From Candidatus Eiseniibacteriota bacterium (lineage in GTDB: Bacteria; Eisenbacteria; RBG-16-71-46; CAIMUX01; VGJL01): a stretch of 64,000 nt of DNA. The translations under genes were made by a program, and so were the position numbers. This document shows, piece after piece, positions 29,186 to 40,135 of the stretch (position 1 is its first letter; each line of letters begins with the position of its first letter). The stretch is from the NCBI GenBank assembly GCA_963792585.1, contig CAWBWI010000001.1, positions 640,001 through 704,000 on the forward strand. The letters run 5' to 3'. Under the pieces are notes generated by a model. The model had not been told where the DNA came from and searched no databases. It saw only the letters and a list, made by a program, of their open reading frames with translations.

Positions 29186-30099
29186 GCGGCCCTTCCGACT
29201 GGATCGAATACGCGGCGCTTCGCGGCCTTCTGGGATTCCTCGCTCGAACACCTGCATCGTTCGGTCGATGGTTCTGCCGGGGGCTCGGGGACATCCTCTA
29301 CGACCTGGTTCGCCTGCGCCGGCGCGTGACGCTCGAGAATCTGCGCGCCTCCTTCCCGGAGAAGACGGAAGCGGAAATCGGGGGAATCGCGCGCGCCTGC
29401 TACCGCACCTTCTGTGAGACCGTGGCGGAGTTCGCGCGGGTTCCCCGTCTGTCACCGGAGCAACTCCTCGAATCGAGCACCGTCGTGGGGCGCGAGCATC
29501 TCGAAGCGGCCTCGCGATCCGGGCGGGGCGCCATCCTGCTGACGGGTCATTTCGGCAACTGGGAGCTGCTGGGAGCGTTGTTCCCGGCGATGGGATACAG
29601 GCTCTCGGTGGTGGTCGGGGAGCAACACAACCGGCTCGTCGATCGCTACATTAATGAGGCCCGCGCGCGAATGGGCGTCGGGGTTCTTTCGGCAGAGAAG
29701 GATCTCCGCGGAATCGTGCGGGCTCTGGAGGGAAGGGGGCTGCTCGCGATCGTGGGGGATCAGGACGCGGGACGGGACGGCGTCTTCGTCGAGTTCCTCG
29801 GGCGGCCGGCGTCGACCGCGGTCGGACCGGTGCGGCTCGCGAGACGATTCGGCGTGCCGATCGTCCTCGGGTTTGCGATTCGACAGCCCGGGGGCAAACT
29901 CCGCTTCGAGCTGTTGCCGCCGATCCATGTCCCGCAGGAAGGCGACAACGAGACGGTCGAGCTGGAGTACACGGGGATCTGGAGCCGGATCCTGGAGGAC
30001 TATGTCCGTCGATACCCGGACCATTGGTTCTGGATGCATCGGCGGTGGAAGACGCGCCCGGATTCCGCGCGGCGCCTGACGGAGGGGATTGGACGATGA
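29182..30099 (+). CDS. Lipid A late acyltransferase (LpxL/HtrB family)
   Basis: NLRASFPE, HFGNWE, DQD...FLG, PDHWFWMHRRWK. Confidence 0.9.
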   Translation: MSGPSDWIEYAALRGLLGFLARTPASFGRWFCRGLGDILYDLVRLRRRVTLENLRASFPEKTEAEIGGIARACYRTFCETVAEFARVPRLSPEQLLESSTVVGREHLEAASRSGRGAILLTGHFGNWELLGALFPAMGYRLSVVVGEQHNRLVDRYINEARARMGVGVLSAEKDLRGIVRALEGRGLLAIVGDQDAGRDGVFVEFLGRPASTAVGPVRLARRFGVPIVLGFAIRQPGGKLRFELLPPIHVPQEGDNETVELEYTGIWSRILEDYVRRYPDHWFWMHRRWKTRPDSARRLTEGIGR

Positions 30100-30938
30100 A
30101 GCTGGCAAGCATCGGCAAGGCAGGGCAGGAGTCTCCGGCATTCGTGTCCGAGGACGGCGCCCGGATCTTCCGTGCGCGAGGGGCGTCGTGGCAGACGTTG
30201 CTCGAGGCGGGAACTCTGGAGGCGGAGATCGCGCGCGCCCGGAGCGCCCCGGCCGACCAATGGGTATCCGCCCGTGGGGAGCGATTCGGTCCTCCGATTC
30301 CGAATCCGTCGAAGATCATCGCCATCGGCCTCAACTACCGGGACCATGCAGAAGAACAGGGAAAGCAACCGCCGGAGCGGCCCCTGCTCTTCGCGAAGGC
30401 GCCAAGCTGCCTCGTGGGGTCCGGCGACCCGATCGTCCTGCCTCCGCAGGAATCGAAGGTGGACGCGGAAGCGGAGTTAGGCGTCGTGATCGCCCGTCGA
30501 GCGCGCCATGTTCCGATTGAAGAGGCCCGCGGTTTCGTGCTCGGCTACACGGTCTTCAACGACGTCTCGGGCCGCGAGGCCCAGTATGGGGACAAGCAGT
30601 GGTTTCGAGGAAAGAGCTATGACACGTTCGGGCCCTGCGGTCCCTGGATCGTCACCGCCGATGAGATCGCCGACCCGCAGGCGTTGCCGATCCGCTGCTA
30701 CTGGAACGAGACGCGGATGCAGGATTCGAACACCGGCCAGTTGATCCATGGCATCGATGCGCTCATCGCCTACATCAGCGCGCAGATGACGTTGCTTCCC
30801 GGGGACCTGATCGCGACGGGGACCCCCGCCGGGGTCGGGGTCTTCCGCGATCCTCCGCGATTCCTCAAGGCGGGGGATCGCACCCGGATCGAGATCGACC
30901 GCATCGGAGTGCTCGAGAATCCCCTGATCGCGGGCTGA
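30096..30938 (+). CDS. Fumarylacetoacetate hydrolase family protein
   Basis: KIIAIGLNYRDHA, EAELGVVI, NDVSGR, GKSYDTF, TGTPAGVG. Confidence 0.93.
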   Translation: MKLASIGKAGQESPAFVSEDGARIFRARGASWQTLLEAGTLEAEIARARSAPADQWVSARGERFGPPIPNPSKIIAIGLNYRDHAEEQGKQPPERPLLFAKAPSCLVGSGDPIVLPPQESKVDAEAELGVVIARRARHVPIEEARGFVLGYTVFNDVSGREAQYGDKQWFRGKSYDTFGPCGPWIVTADEIADPQALPIRCYWNETRMQDSNTGQLIHGIDALIAYISAQMTLLPGDLIATGTPAGVGVFRDPPRFLKAGDRTRIEIDRIGVLENPLIAG

Positions 30939-30955
30939 GATGTCCCCCGTGCGCA

Positions 30956-30992
30956 CGAGGGAGCGACGGAGGATCCCTCCATCGCTCCCTCG
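30956..30992. terminator. Hairpin between convergent genes
   Basis: CGAGGGAGCGACGGAGG-ATC-CCTCCATCGCTCCCTCG, 17-bp stem with one mismatch. Confidence 0.6.
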
Positions 30993-31022
30993 TCCATCTC
31001 CGGGGCTCGGCCCGACGGGACC

Positions 31023-32330
<1,308 letters not shown>

Positions 32331-32476
32331 GGGTTCACCTCTTCCTTTTCGTTGCAGGCCTTGGCGGGAGGATCGTGTCTTGCCTGGCATCTGTCTATCG
32401 CATATTGGTTAGAGGAGACATAACCCTGGCAAATGGATGGAGGCGCATTGGCGCGCAGGATGGGAATCACGCGCGG

Positions 32477-33370
32477 ATGAGCGAGATCGAGATCTTCACC
32501 CTCCGCTGTCTCGAGGCGGCGGCGCGTCTGGGCAGTCTGACTGCCGCGGCGCGAGCGCTCGGCGTGAGTCAGCCGGCCGTATCGGTGCAGATTGCGTCCC
32601 TGGAGCGGCATCTGGGCGCGCGCCTCCTCGACCGCCGCGCCCGGGGCGTCCGCCCGACCGCCGCGGGGGAGTCCATCCTGGAACGCGCCCGCCGCGTGCT
32701 GGACGAATTCCGCTCGCTCCAGGGGGATATCGAGCAGGGCGCGCTCCGGGGCCTCCTGCGGATCGGCTCGACCGACGTCGTCGTGCTGCACCGCTTGCCG
32801 GCCGTGCTCAAGAGCTTCCGGGCAAAGCACCCGGGGGTCGATCTGCAGTTGATCATCGAGGGGAGTCTCGTTCTTGCGGAGGCGGTCCGCGCCCGCGACA
32901 TCGAGCTGGCGTTGCTCACGCTCCCGATCCCAAACCCGCCCGGACCGCTGAGGCCGCTCTATCGAGATCCACTCCTCTTCGTCGTGGCGCCGCGGCACGC
33001 CCTCGCGCAGCGCCGGGCCGTTCGACTCGAGGAGATCGCCGCCGCGCAGTTGCTCGCCCACAAGACCGGTTCGGTCACACGCGGCATGATCGATGGCTTC
33101 TTCACGGCGCGGGGTCTGGCCCCGCGCGTCGTCATGGAGGTCTCGAGCCCGGAGGTGCTGCGCCGGATGGCCCAGAGCGGCCTGGGTGTCGCCATCCTTC
33201 CGGGGGTGAGCGTCGCCGAGGATCTTCGTCGCGGCCGGCTGAGGAGTCTCGCCGTCCGCGGCTGGAACCTCGAGCGCGTGTCGGGACTCCTCCTGCCGCC
33301 CGCGGGCCCGCCGTCGCGCGCCGGGCGGGAGTTCGTCCGCATCCTCCTGGGGGCGGTTTCTCCAGCCTAA
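32477..33370 (+). CDS. LysR family transcriptional regulator
   Basis: GSLTAAARALGVSQPAVSVQIASLE HTH plus substrate-binding domain. Confidence 0.93.
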   Translation: MSEIEIFTLRCLEAAARLGSLTAAARALGVSQPAVSVQIASLERHLGARLLDRRARGVRPTAAGESILERARRVLDEFRSLQGDIEQGALRGLLRIGSTDVVVLHRLPAVLKSFRAKHPGVDLQLIIEGSLVLAEAVRARDIELALLTLPIPNPPGPLRPLYRDPLLFVVAPRHALAQRRAVRLEEIAAAQLLAHKTGSVTRGMIDGFFTARGLAPRVVMEVSSPEVLRRMAQSGLGVAILPGVSVAEDLRRGRLRSLAVRGWNLERVSGLLLPPAGPPSRAGREFVRILLGAVSPA

Positions 33371-33463
33371 TCGTCGAACACGGTCTCGCCTACCACCGGG
33401 TTCGGTCTGCCCTCTGAGAGGGTCAATGGCGATACCTCTCCGCCCCACGGCAGCGGAAGGATC

Positions 33464-35935
33464 TCAGCGCTTCCGCCCCGCGAGGATCGCCTCGCGGCCC
33501 GCCAGGTAGAGGACCAACGTCAGCGCCAGGAACGGCAACATCGAGAGGGCATCGGCGTGCGCCCCGCCGTAGAACGGATTGTGCGCGATCGACCACTCCT
33601 CGATTCTCTGGTTGCTGCGGGTCAGGACCCCGGCCATGAACGCGATGACGATCCCCGCGATCGCTCCTCCCGCGATGTACCCCGACGCCATCAGCACGCC
33701 GGGGCTCTTGTCGCCCTCGGCGACCAACTCCTCTTCGGTCAAGCTCCGGTGACGGAGCTTGCGCCGCAGATTGCGGTCGACGAGCCAGCGGACGAAGCCT
33801 CCGATGAGGATCGGCGAGGAGGATGAGAGGGGAAGGTAGACTCCCACGGCGAAGGCGAGCGATGGGATGCTCGCCATCTCCAGGACGATCGCGATCATCA
33901 CGCCGAGCAGGACGAGCGCCCACGGAAGCTGGTGATTGAGGATCCCCTTGATGATGTAGGACATCAGGGTCGCCTTCGGCGCATCGTACTTCGCGACGGT
34001 CGTGCCGTCGGGACGGGTGCGATGGATGCCGTTGATTCCGGGGTCGACAAGATAGGCCGGAACGCCGTCCGCGGCCACGAGGTAACGTCCGGCGGGTCCG
34101 CCGACGTCGTCGACCTTCTGCCAGACGCGATAGTCCGCTCGATCGGACGATGCCTGCGGTCCCCGGATCTTCTCCTGGGCGCCCAGCTGTGCGGCGTCGG
34201 CGCGCAGGGCCGCGGGGAAGTTCGCCTCGACCCGGTAGCGAACCTGCCCCGTTTCGGTGAGGAGGTACTCTCCCGGTCCGAGCCCGACGACGGCCGGTGC
34301 ATCGGGAGCGATCGCGAGCACCCGGTAAGTGGCGGAGCCTGGTGGGCGGATCGGATCGGCATAGGGGGGAAGTCCCTCGACCGCGCCGGCATCGAGCGCC
34401 GGGGCGTTCGCGACCGCCGCGAATGTGACCCGCGGAACGTAGACCGTGGCGGCGTCGTTCAACCGCAGGAGGATCGGCCCGAGGATCACCGCGGAGGCCA
34501 GGGCCCCGACCAAGATCGAGATCTGCTGCAGCCGCGGGGTGGCGCCGACGAGGTAGCCGGTCTTCAGATCCTGAGATGTCGTCCCGCCGTTGGAGGCCGC
34601 GATGCAGACGATCGCACCCACGGACAGGGCGGTGACGTAGTAGACGGGTCCCGTCCAGCCGACGATCAGAAAGATCAAACAGGTGAGCAGGAGTGTGGCG
34701 ACCGTCATGCCGGAAATTGGATTCGACGAGGATCCGATCTCCCCTGTCAGACGGGACGAGACGGTCACGAAGAGGAAACCAAAGGCGACGATCATGATCG
34801 CGCCGAGCAGGTTCATGTGGAGCGTGCGGAAGGCCAGGATCATGACGACCAGGACGACGATACCGGCGATGACGAAGTTCATCGACAGGTCCCGGTCGAC
34901 CCTCGGCGCGGCTGCGGCCCCTGCGCGGCCACCCCGCACGTCCGCGATGCCGCCCTTCAGACCGTGCCAGATGATCGGGAGAGATCGTGCCAGGCTGATG
35001 ATGCCGCCTGCGGCGACGGCGCCGGCGCCGATGTAGAGGACATATGCGCCGCGGATCTGGTGCGGGCTCATCTCCGCGATCGGTATCGTTCCCGGCGGAA
35101 GGGCGCGCGTCATCCCCTCGCCGAAGAACTTGATCGCCGGGATCAGCACGAGGTAGGCGAGCACGCCGCCCGCGCACATGATCGACGAGATCCGCGGGCC
35201 GATGATGTAGCCCACGCCCAGCAGCGCGGGGGAGATCTCGGCGCCGATCGATCCGGACTGGAAGGGGCGCCCGAAGACTTTTTCCGGAATGTCCTTCCAG
35301 CCACGCAGCGCGGACATGACGACCTGGTAGGCGAAGCCGATCCCGAAGCCGGTGAAGATCGTCTTGGCGCCGATCTGTGATCCCGCCGGATCTTCGATGA
35401 GGCCCCCTTTGGCCGCGACGGCGCGCGACTCCTCCGAGGCGCCGGCTTTCAGAACCTCTGCGCAGGCGGTTCCCTCCGGGTACTTGAGGATGCCGTGCTG
35501 TTGCACGATCAGCGCCCGGCGCAACGGGATCATCATCAGGATGCCGAGGAGCCCTCCGAGGACGGCGACGAGCATGACCCGCGTGATTTCCAGATCGAAG
35601 CCGAGGATCATGATGGCCGGCATCGTGACGCCGATCCCGAAGGCGATCGACTCGCCCGCGGACCCGGCGGTTTGCACGATGTTGTTCTCGAGGATCGTCG
35701 CGTTTCGGACCCCGGCCCGTGAAAGCAGCCGGAAGAGCGTGATCGAGAGGACCGCTACCGGGATCGAGGCGCTCACCGTCAATCCGACCTTGAGAACGAG
35801 GTAGAGCGAGGAAGCGCCGAATACCACGCCGAGCAAGGTCCCAACGATGAGGGGCAGAGGGGTCAGCTCGGCGATCCGGGCTTCGGTGGGGATATAGGGT
35901 CGGAATGAGGCGGGGTCGCTGGGGCGCGTCGCCAT
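33464..35935 (-). CDS. OPT/YSL family oligopeptide transporter
   Basis: LKVGLTVSASIP, ENNIVQTAGSAG, YPEGTA, SSNPISG, QDLKTG, APKATLM. Confidence 0.93.
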   Translation of the reverse strand: MATRPSDPASFRPYIPTEARIAELTPLPLIVGTLLGVVFGASSLYLVLKVGLTVSASIPVAVLSITLFRLLSRAGVRNATILENNIVQTAGSAGESIAFGIGVTMPAIMILGFDLEITRVMLVAVLGGLLGILMMIPLRRALIVQQHGILKYPEGTACAEVLKAGASEESRAVAAKGGLIEDPAGSQIGAKTIFTGFGIGFAYQVVMSALRGWKDIPEKVFGRPFQSGSIGAEISPALLGVGYIIGPRISSIMCAGGVLAYLVLIPAIKFFGEGMTRALPPGTIPIAEMSPHQIRGAYVLYIGAGAVAAGGIISLARSLPIIWHGLKGGIADVRGGRAGAAAAPRVDRDLSMNFVIAGIVVLVVMILAFRTLHMNLLGAIMIVAFGFLFVTVSSRLTGEIGSSSNPISGMTVATLLLTCLIFLIVGWTGPVYYVTALSVGAIVCIAASNGGTTSQDLKTGYLVGATPRLQQISILVGALASAVILGPILLRLNDAATVYVPRVTFAAVANAPALDAGAVEGLPPYADPIRPPGSATYRVLAIAPDAPAVVGLGPGEYLLTETGQVRYRVEANFPAALRADAAQLGAQEKIRGPQASSDRADYRVWQKVDDVGGPAGRYLVAADGVPAYLVDPGINGIHRTRPDGTTVAKYDAPKATLMSYIIKGILNHQLPWALVLLGVMIAIVLEMASIPSLAFAVGVYLPLSSSSPILIGGFVRWLVDRNLRRKLRHRSLTEEELVAEGDKSPGVLMASGYIAGGAIAGIVIAFMAGVLTRSNQRIEEWSIAHNPFYGGAHADALSMLPFLALTLVLYLAGREAILAGRKR

Positions 35936-35984
35936 CTTCGAGTCCTCCGATCGGCCTCCTAGGCCGGTGGGATCTCCCTACGGA

Positions 35985-37190
35985 TCAAACTTGGAGCCCA
36001 GGATATTGTTTGAGACCTTCGAGCAGGATCGACATCGCGCGGCGAAGCGTCTTCTCCTCGAAGACGTAGGCGATGCGAATCTCCTTCTTGCCCATGCCGG
36101 GAGTGGCGTAGAAGCCGTCCCCGGGAGCGGCCATGACCGTCTCGCCATCGCGCTCGAAGGATGTGAGCATCCAGCGGATGAACGTGTCGGCGTCGTCGAC
36201 CGGCAGAGTCGCCATGACGTAGAAGGCGCCGCGGGGTGGGCGACAACGGATGCTCGGCGCCGCGGCGAGCATCTCCATGACGGTGTTGCGGCGTCCCTCG
36301 AACTCGCGGACGAAGCCGTCGTAGTAGCTCTCCGGCAGCGAGAGGGCCGGGACGGCGGCGATCTGCCCGAGCCCGGGCGGAGAGAGACGGGCCTGGGCGA
36401 AGCGCATGCAGCAGTCGAAGACCTCGCGATTCTTCGTCGCGAGGCAGCCGATTCTCGCCCCGCACGCGCTGAAGCGCTTCGAGATCGAGTCGACGAGGAT
36501 CACTCGCTGGTCGATCCCCGGAATCGTCAGGACGGACTGGTGCTTCCGGCCGTCGTAGCAGAACTCCCGGTAGACCTCGTCCACGATCAGGAAGAGACCG
36601 TGGCGCACCGCGAAGGCGGCGATCGCCTCGACTTCCGACTGATCATAGACGGTGCCAGTGGGATTGCCGGGATTGCAGAGGAGGATCGCACGGGTCCGCG
36701 GGCCGACCGCCGCCGCCCAGCTCTCCGGGGGCGGGAGGTGATAGCCGTTGTCGGCCGAACAGGTCAGTGGGCGCACCTCGACGCTCATGAACCTCGCGAA
36801 TCCGACATAGTTGGCGTACAGCGGCTCGGGGACGATCACCTCGTCGCCGGAGTCGGCGACCGCACCGATCGCGAAGAGGATCGCCTCGCTCCCCCCGGCC
36901 GTGACGAGGATTTCGGCGGGGTCCAGCGCGATCCCGTGGCGACGGTAGTAGGCAGAGAATGCATCCCGGAGCTCCGGAATCCCGCCGGAAGGGGAGTAGG
37001 CCAGGGTCGTGGGGAGTTTGCCCCTCAGCGTCTCCCACATGACCTCCGGGGTCGGTATGTCCGGCTGTCCGATGTTCAGGCCGTGGACGAAGATCCCCCG
37101 TCGGCGGGCCTCATCCGCCAACGGCACGAGCTTGCGAATCGGCGACGGCGGGACCGACTGGCCCCTACGCGAGATCGACAACCCCTCCAT
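35985..37190 (-). CDS. Class I/II PLP aminotransferase
   Basis: SPIRKL, NIGQPD, CNPGNPTG, DEVYREF, SKRFSACGARIG. Confidence 0.92.
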   Translation of the reverse strand: MEGLSISRRGQSVPPSPIRKLVPLADEARRRGIFVHGLNIGQPDIPTPEVMWETLRGKLPTTLAYSPSGGIPELRDAFSAYYRRHGIALDPAEILVTAGGSEAILFAIGAVADSGDEVIVPEPLYANYVGFARFMSVEVRPLTCSADNGYHLPPPESWAAAVGPRTRAILLCNPGNPTGTVYDQSEVEAIAAFAVRHGLFLIVDEVYREFCYDGRKHQSVLTIPGIDQRVILVDSISKRFSACGARIGCLATKNREVFDCCMRFAQARLSPPGLGQIAAVPALSLPESYYDGFVREFEGRRNTVMEMLAAAPSIRCRPPRGAFYVMATLPVDDADTFIRWMLTSFERDGETVMAAPGDGFYATPGMGKKEIRIAYVFEEKTLRRAMSILLEGLKQYPGLQV

Positions 37191-37224
37191 CACGTACCCC
37201 CCAGCGATCTCGGCCCAACTGGGC

Positions 37225-37536
37225 CTAATGTGATTCGGGTTTGAAGCCGATATCACGGACGGGAGGAGGTTCCCCCTGCGTCCGGATCTTCCCGTATTGG
37301 GCCTCGTAGCCCTCGATCATGACCTGCAGCCTACCCAGGAAGGAGCGGGCCGTTGTGGGCGTCATCAGGATGCGGGAGAAGACCTTCGGCCTTGGAAGTC
37401 CCGGCAGGTTTCGAGCGAAATCCAGGATGAACTCATGGTCCGAATGAGCGAGCACCACGAAGTTTGCGTAGATCCCAATCGCCTCGTTGGGATCGATTTG
37501 GACTTGGACCTGTGCGGGAGGCGGCTGCTTCTCCAT
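37225..37536 (-). CDS. DUF3467-like protein
   Basis: GIYANFVVLAHSDHEFILDF...RILMTP...YEAQYGKI. Confidence 0.85.
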   Translation of the reverse strand: MEKQPPPAQVQVQIDPNEAIGIYANFVVLAHSDHEFILDFARNLPGLPRPKVFSRILMTPTTARSFLGRLQVMIEGYEAQYGKIRTQGEPPPVRDIGFKPESH

Positions 37537-37646
37537 CGATTCGAACCCCCTCGCGGCATGCCCGACACCATCGGGCGCCGCCTCCGATCCACCCCATCCT
37601 CCCGGCCCGGCACCCGGGCGGGAGTCGAGAAGACCGGGCGGAAACC

Positions 37647-39428
37647 ATGACATCCAGTCCGTCGAATCCGGGCCGGCCCGGAAAGAAGCCGGGGACCGAA
37701 AGCCAGCCGGAGTATATCCGACGCCTCGAGGCGAGGCTCCAGCAAATCTCCCGACTCGCCGATACGGGGGCCCGGGTGCAGCAGGCGGGCGCGATCGACG
37801 TCATCAGCGGCGAGTTGCTCACCGCGGTGCGTGATGCCGTCCCCGACGCCGAGGTACGGCTCTATCTTTGCGAGGGGGAGAGCCTGCGGGACGCGGAAGC
37901 GGCCCACAGGTTCGATGGCCTCGGTCAGGGCGGAGAGATCGCGGGTGACGACCTCGGCGTGACCGAGCGGGCGTTGCGTGACCACAGGACGATCTGGGTC
38001 GGCGCCGGCCCCGACGGCGGGACCCATGTCGTTGCCGCAGTTCCCCTGCCGGTCGACGCGGAACCGATCGGCGTCCTGGCGTTCCGGGCGGACCGGAGCC
38101 TGGAGCCTCCGGATCCCGTGGTGCTGTCCGGGATCGAGACCCTGGGTCGCCACGCCTCCGCGGCGATCGAGCGGTTGCGCGCGGCCCAAAGGGCGGATCA
38201 GCGGAGGGTCTACCTCGACACCCTCGTTGAGATCGACCGCGAGATCCTGGGTGCGACCCGCCTGAACGAGGTGATCCGCTTCGCGCTGCGGACCGCGGTG
38301 GAACGGACCGGCGCCGCGTGGGGCGTGGCCTGGCTCTACGACGCATCGGCCGAGCGGCTGCGCCTTTCCTCGACGTTTGGGGGCGGGTCCCCCGAATTCG
38401 ATGCGCAGCTGGCCCGCATGGGAGAGCAGGCGCTTCGCGCCCTGCGTTCCCATGGCCCCGTCAGCGGCGCCGACCCGGACACGGCCGCCAGCTTCCTTTG
38501 CGCGCCCATGATCGCCTTCGACGAGCCCCTTGGCGCACTCGCCGTCGGGGAGCGCCGGGGGGGCCGGGCATTCGGAGGCGACGAAGAGGCGTTCCTGCGA
38601 ACGGTCGCCTCCCAATGCGCATTGGCGACCCAGAACGCTCACCTCTGCGACCGCGAGCGGGACGCCATGCGGAGGCTCCAGGAAACGCAAGGGATGCTGA
38701 TGCAGACCGAGCGACTCGCCGCACTGGGCGAGTTGAGCGCGAAGGTCGCGCACGAGATCCGCAATCCTCTCTCGGCGATCGGAGGATTCGCGAGGCGGAT
38801 CGAGAAGGCGCTTCCCGAGACGGATCCGAATGCTTCCTACGCGGCGATCATCACCCGCGAGATCCGGCGGCTCGAGACCATCCTGACCGAACAGCTCGAG
38901 TTCGCCCGTTCCCCGCATCCGCGGCTCGTCATGATCGATCTGAACGAAGTCGTGCGCGAGACCATGACCCTCATCCGCGAGGAGACCGAAAAGATCGGCG
39001 TGGAACTCCTGGAGGGTTACGAGAGCAGGATCCCCCCGATGCTTCTCGACGCCGATCGCGTCAAGCAGGTCCTCTTGAACATCCTCAAGAACGCCGCCGC
39101 CTCGACGCGCAAGGGGCAGCGGATCCGCGTGCGAACGAGGGCTTCGGAAGGGTGGGCGCAAATCGAGATCGCCAATGACGGGGAGCGCCTGGCCGGAGAG
39201 ATCCTCGAGCAGCTGTTCGTTCCGTTTGCCACCGGGCGAAACCAGGGATGCGGACTCGGCCTGGCCGTGGCCGATCAGATCGTCAAAGAGCACGGCGGGG
39301 AGATCCGCGTTCGGTCGGACGAGGAGTGGAGTGTCGTGTTCACCGTGAGTCTCCCGATCCGACAAAACCAGGACAAGCGCCGGAATCCACAACGGCGAAG
39401 GGGACGCGACCGGAGATGGGCCGCGTGA
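37647..39428 (+). CDS. Two-GAF sensor histidine kinase
   Basis: Two GAF-like segments, ERLAALGE..VAHEIRNPL, QVLLNILKNA, GCGLGL. Confidence 0.9.
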   Translation: MTSSPSNPGRPGKKPGTESQPEYIRRLEARLQQISRLADTGARVQQAGAIDVISGELLTAVRDAVPDAEVRLYLCEGESLRDAEAAHRFDGLGQGGEIAGDDLGVTERALRDHRTIWVGAGPDGGTHVVAAVPLPVDAEPIGVLAFRADRSLEPPDPVVLSGIETLGRHASAAIERLRAAQRADQRRVYLDTLVEIDREILGATRLNEVIRFALRTAVERTGAAWGVAWLYDASAERLRLSSTFGGGSPEFDAQLARMGEQALRALRSHGPVSGADPDTAASFLCAPMIAFDEPLGALAVGERRGGRAFGGDEEAFLRTVASQCALATQNAHLCDRERDAMRRLQETQGMLMQTERLAALGELSAKVAHEIRNPLSAIGGFARRIEKALPETDPNASYAAIITREIRRLETILTEQLEFARSPHPRLVMIDLNEVVRETMTLIREETEKIGVELLEGYESRIPPMLLDADRVKQVLLNILKNAAASTRKGQRIRVRTRASEGWAQIEIANDGERLAGEILEQLFVPFATGRNQGCGLGLAVADQIVKEHGGEIRVRSDEEWSVVFTVSLPIRQNQDKRRNPQRRRGRDRRWAA

Positions 39429-39466
39429 GCGCTCCGCACATGGGGAGCGCTGGAAAGGGGCGTCCT

Positions 39467-39829
39467 ATGCAAACCCTCTTGATCGTGGAGGACGATCCGA
39501 ACCTCCGCCTCCTTTACGAGGAGGAATTTCGAGAAGAGGGATACCACGTTCTCACGGCTGCCTCCGGCGAGGAGGCGCTCGAGATCGCGCGCAGGTCACG
39601 GGTGGCGGGCGTGGTGCTGGACATCCGTCTGGGGGGGATCGACGGCCTCGAGGTGATGCGAAGACTGCTGGACATAAGTCCGGACACAGCCGTGGTCCTG
39701 AACTCGGCCTACCCGAGCTTCAAGTCCGATTTCGCGAGTTGGGGCGCGGAACACTACGTGGTGAAGTCCTCAAACTTGTTGGAGTTGAGACAGGCCGTCC
39801 ACGACGCTCTCTGCAGATTCGCCGCCTGA
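39467..39829 (+). CDS. Single-domain response regulator
   Basis: LLIVEDD, VLDIRL..DG, SAY, YVVKS. Confidence 0.9.
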   Translation: MQTLLIVEDDPNLRLLYEEEFREEGYHVLTAASGEEALEIARRSRVAGVVLDIRLGGIDGLEVMRRLLDISPDTAVVLNSAYPSFKSDFASWGAEHYVVKSSNLLELRQAVHDALCRFAA

Positions 39830-39890
39830 CGAGCCTCAAATCGGGCCTTGACCAGCACGGGTAGGGTCGTGCTTATATCGTGCCTTGGGT

Positions 39891-39966
39891 GCTGGCTTAG
39901 CTCAGTTGGTAGAGCGCTAGACTGAAAATCTGGAAGTCCGCAGTTCGAATCTGCGAGCCAGCACCA
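39891..39966 (+). tRNA. tRNA-Phe (GAA)
   Basis: 76-nt cloverleaf, anticodon loop CTGAAAA, TTCGA, encoded CCA. Confidence 0.96.
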
Positions 39967-39997
39967 GTATTCCATTCCTACGATTCGCATGGTTCTC

Positions 39998-40073
39998 GCT
40001 GGTGTAGCTCAGCTGGTAGAGCAGCGCATTCGTAATGCGCAGGTCAGCGGTTCGATTCCGCTCACCAGCTCCA
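39998..40073 (+). tRNA. tRNA-Thr (CGT)
   Basis: 76-nt cloverleaf, anticodon loop TTCGTAA, U73, encoded CCA. Confidence 0.96.
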
Positions 40074-40135
40074 TCCTTGGTCCCAGGCCCTTCCCGGCGC
40101 GTCCGGGGAGGGCTTGAACCTATCCGGGAGGACGA

